Assembly (NCBI GenBank): GCA_002633005.1
Contig: NMRA01000129.1
Location: forward strand, 624,570-688,569
Direction: 5' to 3'
Source: Phoronis australis
Lineage: Eukaryota > Animalia > Phoronida
DNA: 64,000 bases
In this document: positions 1-13,500 of the stretch, piece after piece
Numbering within the stretch: position 1 is the stretch's first letter
How the letters are laid out: each line of letters begins with the position of its first letter
The notes under the pieces: model-generated
Seen by the model: the letters and a program-made list of their open reading frames with translations, nothing else
Database searches by the model: none
What the model was told of the DNA's origin: nothing
Program-made: the position numbers and the translations under genes

Positions 1-2
1 CG

Positions 3-303
3 GTGACGACCACTTGCCAGGCTCCAACAAGCCTGTCCTTCTCTATCCTGCCAACGTCACCTGCTCTGAGCCCGCCTGTCGCCAATACAATGTCTTGTAT
101 ATCTATGGCGGAGGCCGACTCAACCATCAGAGGCTCACCAAGAGGCAGTCCAGGTATGGTGTCGTCAGGACAACAGTTGATTCATAAACGCAAACATGGC
201 CCAGAGGAGCCAGGCGACACTCGCTGGAAGCAACCAAAGTATTTAGACTCGCCCTTCCCACCAGCAGCCATGCCGCCATTATCGACGAGTAGAAAAGCCA
301 GTG
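3..303 (+). CDS. Internal coding exon (5' end outside window) of an unidentified gene; S/P-rich with KRKH basic patch
   Basis: Open frame from window start, ending at G|GTAAGC donor (303/304) in phase 1, compatible with the exon at 1270. Confidence 0.55.
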
Positions 304-743
304 GTAAGCAAGTCACTAACATGAAACGGAAAGCTTAAAGCCTATCGTCAACGGTAACTCATGTAAATTTGGTTCCTGCAGTATGTTATGAGCATCGCAC
401 TGAGCCCGCTAGTGCCATAAATTGCCAAATTAACGCACTGTTAGATGTATTCGCTTGCTTTTGTCTACGTCATCGCAAGAATCGCCTTTTAATTCAAACA
501 GCTGCGAAAAACACTCTCACGCAATGGTGTTCTATTCAGACCCTTATTCAGTACAACCATTTGTTGCTTGTGCTGGGATTTCGCGGTGACGCAACATGGC
601 TCGAAAAGGCAGCTTCACTTATCATTTGACAGGCTTACACCTGCGTGATTGAACTCGCGTTTTCTTATTTTACTAAGGCTTTTCTAGCACTGTCTGGTTT
701 GCCTAATACATCTAAAGTAACAAAATTCCGTTGAAGTTAGGCT

Positions 744-1104
744 TTAAAAGGATACCAAACCCGGTTTTGGCCTATTAACAGGACTGGTATTAAGAACGAC
801 TTTCCCATCCAATTCTCTGAAACAAAATAATGCTCTGTAACCCTCAAACGTTTGGAAGAAAATTTGAAAACTCCTTTGAAAGTCTGCTTAAGGGGAAAGC
901 ATGACCTACACTTTTAGTGAATTACTCGGCAGCTGTGGGGAAAGACCACCCACTAAGCATTATAATATTCAATCTATGACATATGGAGTGCCAGTTTTTA
1001 GTTGATTCCAGCTTTTATCTTTCAAGGGGAATCCCTTTTGCATTTGCAGGTGACACTACAAAGATAATGGTTGAAATCATTGAAATAGGCTTTAGTATCC
1101 TTAA
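744..1104. mobile_element. Short TTAA-flanked non-autonomous DNA transposon (Kolobok-like MITE)
   Basis: ttaa-aaggataccaaacc ... ggctttagtatcc-ttaa imperfect terminal inverted repeats. Confidence 0.4.
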
Positions 1105-1269
1105 GTGGCACTTTTCTTGTTGGAAGTATTGATTTAATTTAACAAATGTCACGTCTCTAATGATAAATGTTCCGTGACCTCTGTTACCATGTGAAAAGCT
1201 GCAGTGACCTTTAGTTAACTCCTAATACAAATTGAAGGGTTTTGGTAATTTGATTTAAAAAATTTCCAG

Positions 1270-1373
1270 TTGCCAACAAAAACAGTGTACTGATGAACTT
1301 GCTTCTGAAGAACGATGATGGTATCTATGGAAGTCGTGGCAAGCAGATTGACAAAGTGACCAGCACCCTGTTG
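1270..1373 (+). CDS. Next coding exon of the same unidentified gene (VANKNSVLMNLLLKNDDGIYGSRGKQIDKVTSTLL)
   Basis: tttccAG acceptor, TTG|GTAAGT donor, phase 1->0, stop-free. Terminal exon is ambiguous (acceptor at ~1510 gives YIPNLDFNT*; alternative at ~1743). Confidence 0.55.
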
Positions 1374-2055
1374 GTAAGTCACGGATTGATGAGGTTTTAT
1401 TAGGTTGTGTTCCATTTTGTCATTTTTACAACCTGGTTGCTGGTCATGTTTTCAACTTTTTGGTCATTTGTACCCATATCCCACACTCTATTTACGTTGG
1501 GGGTTCTGCAGTACATTCCAAATCTAGATTTAACACCTGAGCACTAGAGACAATGTGAAGTTATGAAAACTCCAACCCTGAGAAAGTACCACTAAAAAGG
1601 GGAAATAACTGACCAAAGTTGGCGTCTCTCATATGGGAGAGCCGGACCGCGACAAGTAGAGGACTCGAGACTGGCGTTTTCACTAGTTTTACGCAGTTTG
1701 TATGTTGCCTGCTTGTGTAATAAAAGTCAAAATGTTTTTACAGCCAAGCCGACCTGGAACTATTCGTCCGAATGGTCAGAAATGGTCCATTATGAGCCCC
1801 CTGCAGAACCGTGAACATGGGGGAGGGAAGATGGCTGACTTTATGGACTTGTCTTCCATCTGATGTTGCTGTCGATCTCTGGGTAACAGGTTGAAATGAG
1901 ACTTGAAGGATCTTGCTGTTATGTGCACAATTGTTGTTTACTGTAAACATTTTAATTCTATGCCATCCGTTTACAATTGTTGTGTAATTAGTATGGGAGG
2001 TCGATGAACTTACACTCGATCACGGAATGTGGATGGCACACTTAAGCTAGTGAAT

Positions 2056-2365
2056 TACATTGCTTTCACTCTTTATGAGAACATACTATATATTTATGTT
2101 GCAGTTGCTTAAGGTAAATTGTGTTGTGAACCCAGGCGTGTCTAGCATTGCTGAATGGCGACAAAGCCAGCTTCAGCTCAACACCTACCCAGGACATCTT
2201 GTGATGATCATACATTGCTTTCACTGTTTATGAGAACATACTATATTTATGTTGCGGTTGCTTAAGGTAAATTGTGTTGTAAACACAGACATGTCCAGCA
2301 TTGCTAAATGGCAACAAGGTTGACTTCAGCTCAACAACCACCAGGGACATCTTGTGGTAGTCATA
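2056..2365. repeat. Two diverged tandem copies of a ~155-bp unit in the likely 3' UTR of the left gene
   Basis: tacattgctttcact..atgagaacatactata..gcttaaggtaaattgtgttgt..ggacatcttgtg at 2056 and again at 2211. Confidence 0.9.
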
Positions 2366-5300
2366 GACAGATTCTACAAAATTGCTCAGAGGTACGTTGG
2401 TTGGATTTAGTGGCTTTTCATCCTATAACTGGAATTGGGTATCAAAGATTGTACTCAAAACATTATACCAGTGTTGTGAATATATCAAACACTTAATGTA
2501 TTCTTATTAACGCTGTTCTGCATTGTGCTGTTTTTTTTTTAATGTTGGAAACTTTTAAAGTGTAGTTCTGGTAACTTACACTCCAGTTAAGTAAGTTAGG
2601 TTGTGGGTTTTGCTTTTGAATTCAGCATTAAGTGGGTATTTTTTAACAAAAGGTTTTGTATTTATGAAATTTTAAAAACATTAAAATAATACTATCAGTT
2701 TTGACTTTTCAATATGGTATGATTCATATGACAATGACGTATTGTGCATTTCGTCATGGTTACTATGGTAATTGGCTTTTCGAATTTGCTTAAGCTTGTA
2801 GCTGTATCCTAGTTCTAAGTTGTTGACTGGAAGAGATGCAGTTTACATGGAAATGGAGTAACGTCGTTTTTGGTGCATTTTATGGTGAACTTGTAATTAC
2901 ATTGTTGACGTTTTATTGTGGTGCACAAAATGAATAACAGCGAAATAGTTTTGATAATTGCTTTGTCAGACATTGTTCTGTAATGTAAACTTCAAAACAT
3001 TTTTCTCTAGAGGAAAGTTATCTTGCTTTGTTTTAGAAGCTTAAACTGTTGATCTCAAAATAACAATAAAGTGCTTTACTTCTGGAGTTGCTCTCTTAGA
3101 GGCATTCAAATTGATGTAACTGGTCAGTCAACAATTATCTCTCAAGAAGGTTGCATGATTTTACAGTACAGTTAACGGTGATTATTACAATGCAGTTAAT
3201 ATTGAATTAATGCCCAAGGTAGAGTAGGTGTTTACAGTATACTTCGTTTTAATTGTCCAATATAGTTTGTGCTTGGGTGTTGTAATGGGCACCCCGCTTT
3301 GAACCATGTTTGCTTCATTGTGAACTAAGACCAGTTAAGAGTGTCGTATTACACAAGTTTAAACATTACCAAGATGCTGATGGCTGGCTGGAGGGAAAGC
3401 TTTGCCTTTTAAATAAGCACAGTCCATTGTAGCTTAGCTCCATCTTGCATTTAGTTAAGTAGCAGGTTCTTAACATTTCGAGTAAATGGAGCACAGCGAG
3501 GATGTGGACCAAATATCAATAGGGCGACTTTTTACATGGTCGTCATCGTTTTATAACTGCCATCTGGTGGAGTTCTGATTTACTTTGCAGATGTGCGGCC
3601 TCTTAGAGAAAAATTTAATGATATCGAGAGTTTGTTTCATAACTTTAAAGTGGGACTATACATGCAGTATTGAACCACTGGTTGAAATGCCTGACATAGT
3701 ATATTTATAGATATATATTCGTGTTTGACCTAGAGTGCACAATTAAAAGTATTTTTGTCACTTTCCATTGTTTTACTTATGTGTGTGATATAATGTGAAA
3801 TAATCAATAGGGGTGCTGTGATAGATCACCATAGGGAAGACATGCACTGAACGAGGGCCCCAACTTATTTCCATTGGATGTGGGACAGTGACCCCAGCAA
3901 GCCTCCTTGTCTAACTTCCGTTATCACACCATGAATCATTTTGGAGAAGCTGGAAGAAAATTGCCAATCATGCCTTTCCACTACTTTCTCATTCACTACC
4001 AAAATGTGGCAAGTTGGTTACTGCTCCTTTCTTGACCTATTTAAGCCTAAATTCCATGGGAGACAACTACAGTTTGATCAAGCAAATTTAGCAGGATGAC
4101 TGTATTGTAATACCAAATCCCAAACGAAAGTAATAGTAAAGTTTTTGACAAGATTTCTGTTGATTGCGTACCTGTCTCATTGAGATTTGTGCAAATACCT
4201 GTCCCAGCATATGGTGTAATCTTAATATTATAATCAATGGGCATGGAATTTAACTTGAAAGTTTTACAACAATCGACCAACAAACCACAATTTTATTGCA
4301 TTTTAATAATTGCACCGTATGGTCTGCCTATCAAAATTCATTTGGCACTTGGAAATGCAGCGACTGGAAATTGTTAACCTGTAAGTCGACTCAAAGTTGT
4401 CTGCAGGGGCTCCCAGACTTCAGAATCAATTGAGACTTCACACAGCGTCTGATTGGCCAATACTAGTTAGCTAAATGTAACCTCAGGTTGCCAATGGCGA
4501 CTTCAAACTGACTTACATTATTTGCTAAATGCAACTTCACTTTCCAAGTTTTTCGAAAAACTCGATCATTTTAAGTTTCTCCGCACATTTACCGGTAGGT
4601 GCTGAAATATTATTTGCTAATATCTCAGTGTAATGACGTCAAACAAATCCAGAGGGAAAATCTTTGTGATTTGCCCATCATATTTCCATTTGTAATTCAT
4701 GTCACAAGAACAGAATGAAATATCCTTATTTGTAATATGGGACCAAACTTAGTTTACTATTGAGCAAAGGTCGGGGGTCGAAACTGATACCAGTCGTATC
4801 AATTATTGAATATTTTAAAATATCAATGCCATTGCAGAGTGAATACAAACGAAATCAATAGGTTTCATCAAAGGTGATCTCGCCTTTATATTCTGAAAAT
4901 TTTGTGAAAATCTGCGACTTATTTTTTCTGGTTATTCCTTTGAAATGGCCTCAGAGATCAAATCGTCTGCACAAAAGGCTCGATTGAAGAAAGATTCTGG
5001 CGATTTTGGCATTCACCATATTTCAGACAATGTCTTTTCAATCTACAGAGCGGGTAATTTTGTCGTCTTTCTGATGATTCTTGAACTTGGGACGGTCAGT
5101 ATTGCCTATTTCTAGAATTTGAGACGAGCACCGACCTTGAGCAAAATAATTGATTTTTCAGTCCCAAATGGAAGAATTTTTACCGTATTACTTTTGAAAC
5201 ACGGACAATTTTGACAAATGTTTTAGCACACAACTTGTTTCATCACAGGTCATACACAATGTGCTGTAACATCAAATGCATTACAGCACATTGTCCCTAG

Positions 5301-5718
5301 TGTTCCCAAATTGAATAAATATTTATCTCTCAAGATGGTCACGGCGACTTCTGAGTCTTCAGCTACAGGTTCTGACCACGAGAATGCGCATGCATGAGGC
5401 CAACATCTTTCTTCTATTATTTGACGAGTGTAACCTCATCTGTGCTAAGGACGTCTTCGCATGAGGGTCCTCAACACATTCACACCACATTCCCTCCTCT
5501 TCACAAACTAGAGGTAAAGGCCAAGCACAAGTCTGTAGTCTGCAGACAACATACATGTAAGATTCAGACTTAGGCCTCACAAGTTAGACAGAGAAACCAC
5601 AGTTGAAACCACTGCGCTATACTGTCCTTGCTCTTGTCAATAACAGAGCCTCATTTGAATAACAAGCAATCAATCATGCATGGCTGGAAATGATCACTCA
5701 TTTAATCAAGGATTTGAG

Positions 5719-7099
5719 AACAAGAGCAACGCAGAGTGTTGAAATGCGCCCACGAATGCACCGCAAATGGTGTGCTTCTAGGGGTGTTTATCTGTATCAT
5801 AAAAATGGCCACTAGGTGGCGCAAAATACGTCCAATTCATCCGAAAACGGGAACATGCCAGTGTTTTTTAATAGAAAGCTATTGAATTTCATAAAAATCC
5901 AGAAAGGAACTTCAAAGAAACAGAGAAAAACGGAAAAAAATGAAATTGTCACCAGGGGGCACAGCATTCGTCAAATACATCTGAATGTCGTCGTTATCGT
6001 CTGTTGTCAACTTCATATGAATACATTTACTAAATTTAATAGAACAACGTGCAGAGTGTTTAGAAGATACAGCTATGGGTGCAAAAAAACTAAACTGCTA
6101 CTAGGAGGTGCTACAATACTCGAAGTTGTCGGAAAATCGTCAGCCATCCTCTTCACATTAGGAATATACATGCCAATTTCCACAATCATTCGTAGAGTGG
6201 TTTGGTTGACAGAGGGGCAGATGCCGAAAAACAGACTTGAAAATAGTAAAAATGGCCACTAGGTGGCGCAAAATACCTCGAATTCAACCGAAAACCAGAG
6301 GATAGCGTCACCTCACTAATAGATGCCTATCTGGTAAATTTCATGAAAATCCGTTGAGAACCTTTGAAGACACAGACTGAGGTCAATGTAAAAAAACAAA
6401 GCAATTGCCATTAGGGGGCACACCAATAGTCCAATCCATTCGAAAGACTTTTTACATCTATAATGCCTCTAGAGACCAATGACAAACCTATTCTCCAGCA
6501 TTCGAAAGACGTATTCTGCTCAACTTTATATAAATACATCTGTAAAAATCAATAAAGATCCTGTAGAGCATTCATGAGATACAGCCATGGGCGTAAAAAC
6601 AAACAAAACTGCCACTAGGAGGTGCCACAGTAGTCAAAGACGTCAGAAAATCATCGTCAACAACCCTCTTCACAGTAAGAAGACGTATGCCAATTTTCAA
6701 AATCATCCCTAGAGCAGTTTTATTGATAGATGGCCGGATGCCAAAAAACAGACTCGAAAACAGTAAAAATGGCCACTAGGTGGCGCAGAACATCTTGAAT
6801 CCATCCGAAAACGGGAGGATAGCGTCATCTCACTAATACATGCATAACTGCCAAATTTTATGAAAATCCATTGAGGACTTCCGAAGATACAGAGATAAGC
6901 ATAAAAAACTAAAATTTACACTAGGGGAGACACATTTAGTCAGAGAGATCCGAAAATTAACGTCATCCGTCATCAGCTTCATTGGAACATGTCTGCCAAA
7001 TCAAATCAAAATCAGGTAAGGGGTTTAGGAGAGACACCAGACGCCCAGACGGAGATGATGGCAATATGCCACCACATATAAATATAAGGGCACATAAAA
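5719..7099 (+). mobile_element. Helentron/HINE-like non-autonomous element with internal ~150-bp tandem units (copy 1, near complete)
   Basis: Starts aacaagag, has subterminal atgcgccc...gggcacat inverted repeat, ends cataaaa; internal A-B-C repeat units recur; homologous copies at ~9.9, 22.2 and 34.3 kb. Confidence 0.7.
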
Positions 7100-7448
7100 G
7101 GTCATTGGAAGTAAATATCAATATCTCATTCACTAAATGCCTTCTGTGAGGAAACCATTGTAGCAATTAAAATATTTTGCATTCAACCATAATTCCACAT
7201 TAGCAACACTTCAGATAATAGCCACTTACAGGTCCTGGGGTCCTGGATTTTGAGAACCAGTTTGATGCCCGTTATTCAACGGAAAGACTGTTCTCAAATG
7301 CGGGACCCCTGTCAGTGACTATTAACACATTTTCACCACATCCTGAAATCACAGGAAACCAGCGACATTCAATCAAGTGTATGAGAAGTATTGTTAACCC
7401 CAGCTTGGAAATGAAGATTCAGTGACCGGACTTGAGGCAGACGTCTTG

Positions 7449-7563
7449 CTATTGAGTTTTTTTTGGACATTCTAGCTGTTCAATGTTGAGAACTTCCAGA
7501 ATACTGCGAATGCTTGGCAGTACTGTTGTTACAGAGGGTAGGCTGGAAGGTTGAAACAGTGGT
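7449..7563 (-). CDS. TTC13: TTC13 terminal exon (PLFQPSSLPSVTTVLPSIRSILEVLNIEQLECPKKTQ*)
   Basis: ttttcAG acceptor, phase 2, matches TTC13 C-terminus LPSVSETFPTLRSMIEVLN. Confidence 0.88.
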
Positions 7564-10500
7564 CTGAAAACAAAAGGATCAGCCATATTAATAGCGACAC
7601 AATAATTTTCTACGGTCAGTCTTACAATCAGAGGACCCTCATACACACACTAGGGCCTGTGACAATGAATATGTTCAAAACTTGAAACTGGTCTTGTGAA
7701 AACTAACTAATCACACCTTCTGAAATTTACTTAAAATGTGCCATACCCTGGTTTTACAAATTTAAAAATGATTTCAATTTCATTATTCAATTTCATTTTT
7801 GTCAACACTTCTGTCAAAATTCACAGACAATTTAAAGCACAAAGTTTCAACACAAAGTTTTCTACATGGCTTTTAAAGTAAAATTTGATAAAACACGGCT
7901 TGGACACGCTTCTGTCAGTAAACAGGAAATAGCACCAATTAACAGAACAAAGATGAACAGCTATGTTTACTTAAAGGTAATGATGGAACCCCCAATGTCA
8001 CGTCAAGATTAGCATCCTACTAGGACTTCAAAAATACCAAAATTCAAATATAACATAGATTACCTTTAACAAATGGGCAATTTTATCAAATGAGATCAAT
8101 AAGATAAATTCTAATATCTTATGTGGTAATATATGAAGAAAGTGTCTTCTTCCACCTTAAATAGAGGGAAAACACAAAAGCCGTACACTGCAATGGGGCA
8201 CTTATCGGATTTGGGTCACATTTGACAACCAGAATGCATGCATTTGTACTGATGGACTATCGTTTCACTGGCGCAATAGGTGACACCTAGGGAACTCTTC
8301 TCATTGGACAATACCTGATCAAATTGTATTATAACAAGGTTGATGTAGCAGCGGACACCGTATGCCAGATGTCCAGACAGGAGTGATGTCAATCTGTACC
8401 CACATAATTAGATGCACACCGTATGCCAGATGTCCAGACAGGAGTGATGTCAATCTGTACCCACATAATTACATGTACACCGTATGCCAGATGTCCAGAC
8501 AGGAGTGATGTCAATCTGTACCCACATAATTAGATGTACACCGTATGCCAGATATCCAGACAGGAGTGATGTCAATCTGTACCCACATAATTAGATGTAC
8601 ACNNNNNNNNNNNNNNNNNNNNNNNNNNNNNNNNNNNNNNNNNNNNNNNNNNNNNNNNNNNNNNNNNNNNNNNNNNNNNNNNNNNNNNNNNNNNNNNNNN
8701 NNNNNNNNNNNNNNNNNNNNNNNNNNNNNNNNNNNNNNNNNNNNNNNNNNNNNNNNNNNNNNNNNNNNNNNNNNNNNNNNNNNNNNNNNNNNNNNNNNNN
8801 NNNNNNNNNNNNNNNNNNNNNNNNNNNNNNNNNNNNNNNNNNNNNNNNNNNNNNNNNNNNNNNNNNNNNNNNNNNNNNNNNNNNNNNNNNNNNNNNNNNN
8901 NNNNNNNNNNNNNNNNNNNNNNNNNNNNNNNNNNNNNNNNNNNNNNNNNNNNNNNNNNNNNNNNNNNNNNNNNNNNNNNNNNNNNNNNNNNNNNNNNNNN
9001 NNNNNNNNNNNNNNNNNNNNNNNNNNNNNNNNNNNNNNNNNNNNNNNNNNNNNNNNNNNNNNNNNNNNNNNNNNNNNNNNNNNNNNNNNNNNNNNNNNNN
9101 NNNNNNNNNNNNNNNNNNNNCCACGTTCATATGAAAGAGTGAACTTGTCATCCGTTACCACGTTCATAAGAAAGAATGAACTTGTCATCTGTTGCCACGT
9201 TCATATGAAAGAGTGAACTTGTCATCCGTTACCACGTTCATAAGAAAGAATGAACTTGTCATCTGTTGCCACGTTCATATGAAAGAGTGAACTTGTCATC
9301 CGTTACCACGTTCATAAGAAAGAATGAACTTGTCATCTGTTGCCACGTTCATATGAAAGAGTGAACTTGTCATCCGTTACCACGTTCATATGAAAGAGTG
9401 AACTTGTCATCCGTTGCCACGTTCATATGAAAGAATGAACTTGTCATCCGTTGCCACGTTCATAAGAAAGAATGAACTTGTCATCTGTTGCCACGTTCAT
9501 AAGAAAGAGTGAACTTGTCATCTGTTACCACGTTCATATGAAAGAGTGAACTTGTCATCCGTTACCACGTTCATATGAAAGAATGAACTTGTCATCTGTT
9601 GCCACGTTCATATGAAAGAGTGAACTTGTCATCCGTTACCACGTTCATATGAAAGAGTGAACTTGTCATCCGTTGCCACGTTCATATGAAAGAGTGAACT
9701 TGTCATCCGTTACCACGTTCATAAGAAAGAATGAACTTGTCATCTGTTGCCACGTTCATAAGAAAGAATGAACTTGTCATCCGTTACCACGTTCATAAGA
9801 AAGAATGAACTTGTCGTCTCTTGTCGCGTTCATAAGAATGAATGAATTGTCATCCGTTGCCACATTCATAGGAAAGCATTGTAATTCACAACAATCCTGC
9901 AAGGGGCTTAGGAGATACAACTACAGCTGCAAAAAATTGCCACTAGGGGCACCACAGGAGACAAACACATTTGAAAGTCAACATAAGTGGTGCTGTCGTC
10001 AGCAGCAAATGCAAAGAATCTGCCAATTTTCTTTTAATTAAAATTACCCTTTTTGTAGTTCAGTACTAAAGGGAACAGTGGTAGTCAGATCTGCTGAAAG
10101 TTGTCGTCACTATGTTCACAGAAAAACATTAACCAAATTTCATAAAGCTCCTGCAAGGGGATAAGGGGATACAGCTGCAAATGTAAAAACAAAATTGCCA
10201 CTAGGGGGCACCACAGTAGCAAGACCAGTCTGAAAATCAATGTCAGCTGTGGTCTTCTCAGCAACAAAACGTCTGACAAAATTCATAATGATCCTTGGAG
10301 TAGTTCATAGGTAGATAGAGAGAGACTCGTAAAAAAGAAAAATGACCACTAGGTGATGCAGTATATATCGAATCTGCCAGAAAATGAGAATACGCCACTG
10401 TCTCCTTAATAAAAATTAAATATTTAAAAAACTTTATGAAACCTGTCAAGGAACTTTGAAGACGCAGAGAAGTGAACATTAAATAAAATTGTCACTTAGG

Positions 10501-13500
10501 GGCTCAGAAATAACTATACCCGAAAGTTGCCAATTCACAAAGATCCTGCAAGGGTTAAGAAGATACATCCATAAAATTAATGTATTAACAAAGTTGCCAC
10601 AGCAGTAGTTGTGCTTGTGCAAAAATCAAAGTCAGCCATCATCTTGGCAGGAACACATCTGACAATTTTTCAAAATGATCCTTCAAACAGTTTGGCGGAT
10701 TGAGGCAGACTGGAAAATAATAAAATGGCCACTAGGTGAAAAATACATCAAATCCGTAAGAGAATAAGAAGGCCTCATCACCTCCTTAATAGACACCTAT
10801 ACACCAAATTTCAGGAAAATCCATCAAGGACCTCAAAAGACATAGTGGCAAACGTAAAAACTGAAATTGCCACTAGGGCACAGCGACAGTCCGAAATTCA
10901 TTGCCACTCGATGTCAGCTTCATAGGAAAACATCTACCAAATCTCATTAAGATCTTACAAGGGGTTTAGGAGATACAGCTGTGGCCTCCGGATGTTCAAA
11001 GACAGAGATAATGGCAACATGCACCCACTAAATAAGTGTGGGCGCATAAAAATTACTACACTGAGATACATCAAACTTAAGAAAGACTCCAAAAGCTTAA
11101 AACAAATTCCATGTTTCCAAATTAAAACAATTCCAAAGTTATTCCTCTACTAGCGAGATGAGCAGTTTCATTGAAGTTAAATATGCAGTGTGCTTGTGCT
11201 TGGACAACAACTTCTTATACTTATCATTTGCCACAGGTTAATAACTACAAAATTCAAAACAAATTCCATTTGACAGCATCCCGGAGTTTTGATTGAGAAA
11301 TCTTGATACTCAGTTTTATCATCACATATCAATTCAACTGCGTACAATAGCAACAGAGATGTACTGTATTGTATCACACAGGTTTAGCTCATATAAATAT
11401 AATGAAAATGAATGCATTTGATTAGCAATGACTCAACAATCGCTGTAAGCAAGCAACCCTCAGAACAGTTCCCACTGTGTCACGTTCAATAACTGTGTTG
11501 CAGAAAAACAAATGATGGCAAAATAACATGCTCTCATTGAAAACAAATGGCAGTATCTTGTGAAACCTCGAGAGATCTCGACTTTGTAGCGACACTTGGG
11601 TTACTGAATACTGCCATGGTTAGTAATGTTGCCATGGTGAAACCCTGCTTACGACTGACGATTGAAATCGAACCAGTTCTATTGTCACTCGCTGTCTGAT
11701 GCTAAAGCTATAATTATCACGTCTTTATGAGGAAGGAATCACTTATTTGTGTAGGGAACAGGCGAGACAAATTATTATAGAACAGGAAGCAGAACAATTT
11801 GAAAATTATTTTTCGACATAGATGTCTTCTCATTCAAGAAACAACATAAGTGTCCCTATGTCAAAGATGCAGCCATTAACTTGCCTTACACGCAGGCAAT
11901 ATGAAACACTCAGTACATTATTGCCAAGAAAATGCCAAGTTATACGCAAGTGAGAACAAACTGAATGACTCCTACTTCATTGCTAAACATGCTTTCCTGT
12001 TAGACTGAACCAAAAAGATGTTCACTAGTTAGATACAAAAACAATGCGACGTAATAGTGTGTTACAGTCTAGCACCATTCCTGGCATATCTACATTGTCT
12101 TGTGTTAAGAAATCGTGAAGAATTTGTAATGAGACCTAAGAACTTTACTCAGTTCCACCCCTGAGCAGGGCAGAGACGACTGTCTGTGTAACACTCACCT
12201 TTCCCAGAGGTATTTTGCCTTGTAGCTCTTTACCCATGGCCAAAAATAGGCCCACCACTGTAGCATAAGCCACTGAACTAAAAGTAAACATGCAAGAGTA
12301 GCAATGAGAATCAAACAGGTTTTCAAAATTGATGATCTTAAATTGTCTAGCAATCAACCAATCAATAAACAGATTGTAAGTGGATACATTCAAACATGGT
12401 AGTTGTATTGCCCACTTCATATGTAACTGCATTAGGTATTAATGTTTATGTTTAATGTTCAATATGTAATGTGGAGTTTGGCAGCCACAGTTGTGCATGA
12501 CTTTTATTAAAAATTTTTATTTGAGCAAGTATTCACGCTGTGAGTTCGTAAAGAAATTATGCATTGACTGAGAACATTTGGCAAATATTGTCTTTTAAAT
12601 ACTAGTTGAACTTTAATACCAACAGTGAAACATCACAGGATTCTTTTTTCAAGACACTATTTAGCAAAACACCAATTACTTTCTGAATCAATTAAATCTC
12701 AGTAAGCCAGTGAAAGACAACACTTATGTTATGTATCAATAATATAAAATGTAACAGAATAAAACATAAACTATCTATTCATTTGGATAATTGGCTGCCT
12801 TTATTGACATTATGCATTACGCAAATCTTAGGCTAACAGGATTTGCATGACGCAAGTGGACGAGAAAGTGTGAACTGTTTACCCCAGAGTATCCAGCAAA
12901 GTCCTCCTCACATCAAAGGCTTGACAGCGCCGTCACGGATTGAATTGAGCTAATCACTATTCATGGGCTTGGCTGAACATGAGGTCATAAACTAACACGC
13001 CTGTTTAGCGTACAAGTTTTAAAAGTAAAAAAGCGAACAATAAGTAAGGCAAACCACCAACATGACTTTTTAAAATTTAAAAGTGAATAGTATCCGTCTT
13101 TGAATTTTTAAAATGGATCCATTATAAGAGAAATTAGTGAACAGGTTTTCTTCAGCACTGCGGCTAAGCCATAAGCGTTAATTTGTAAATCGATTAGGAC
13201 AGTTTAGTCGCAGTCTGGCTTAGGCTCTCTTAGGTGTTGGGGTAACCAAACCCCAAATGTTAGCGTCGGACTTGTCTAATGGAAAGCAACACGTAGTATA
13301 AAATTGCACGAGAAATATGTTCAGTTATGTACATCCATATCCATTAATCCATTTAATTGTGAAATCAAATCAGAATGATTGATGTTTCCTGTAATCGGTT
13401 CTTTCCGGTTATGATCCATCACCAGCTCACCACTTTGTATGAGCAAACCACTGTCTCAAGTGAAAATCTGATGAGATTTCCTGTTTGTACGTGTAATAGC

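Noticed and set aside
8511-9216. Long ORFs spanning the first N gap (and likewise the X-filled ORFs at 61171-61689)
   Set aside because: Artefacts of translating N runs
9121-9870. 37-bp repeats as a CRISPR array
   Set aside because: Units are head-to-tail with no unique spacers, there are no cas genes, and the context is a eukaryotic intron
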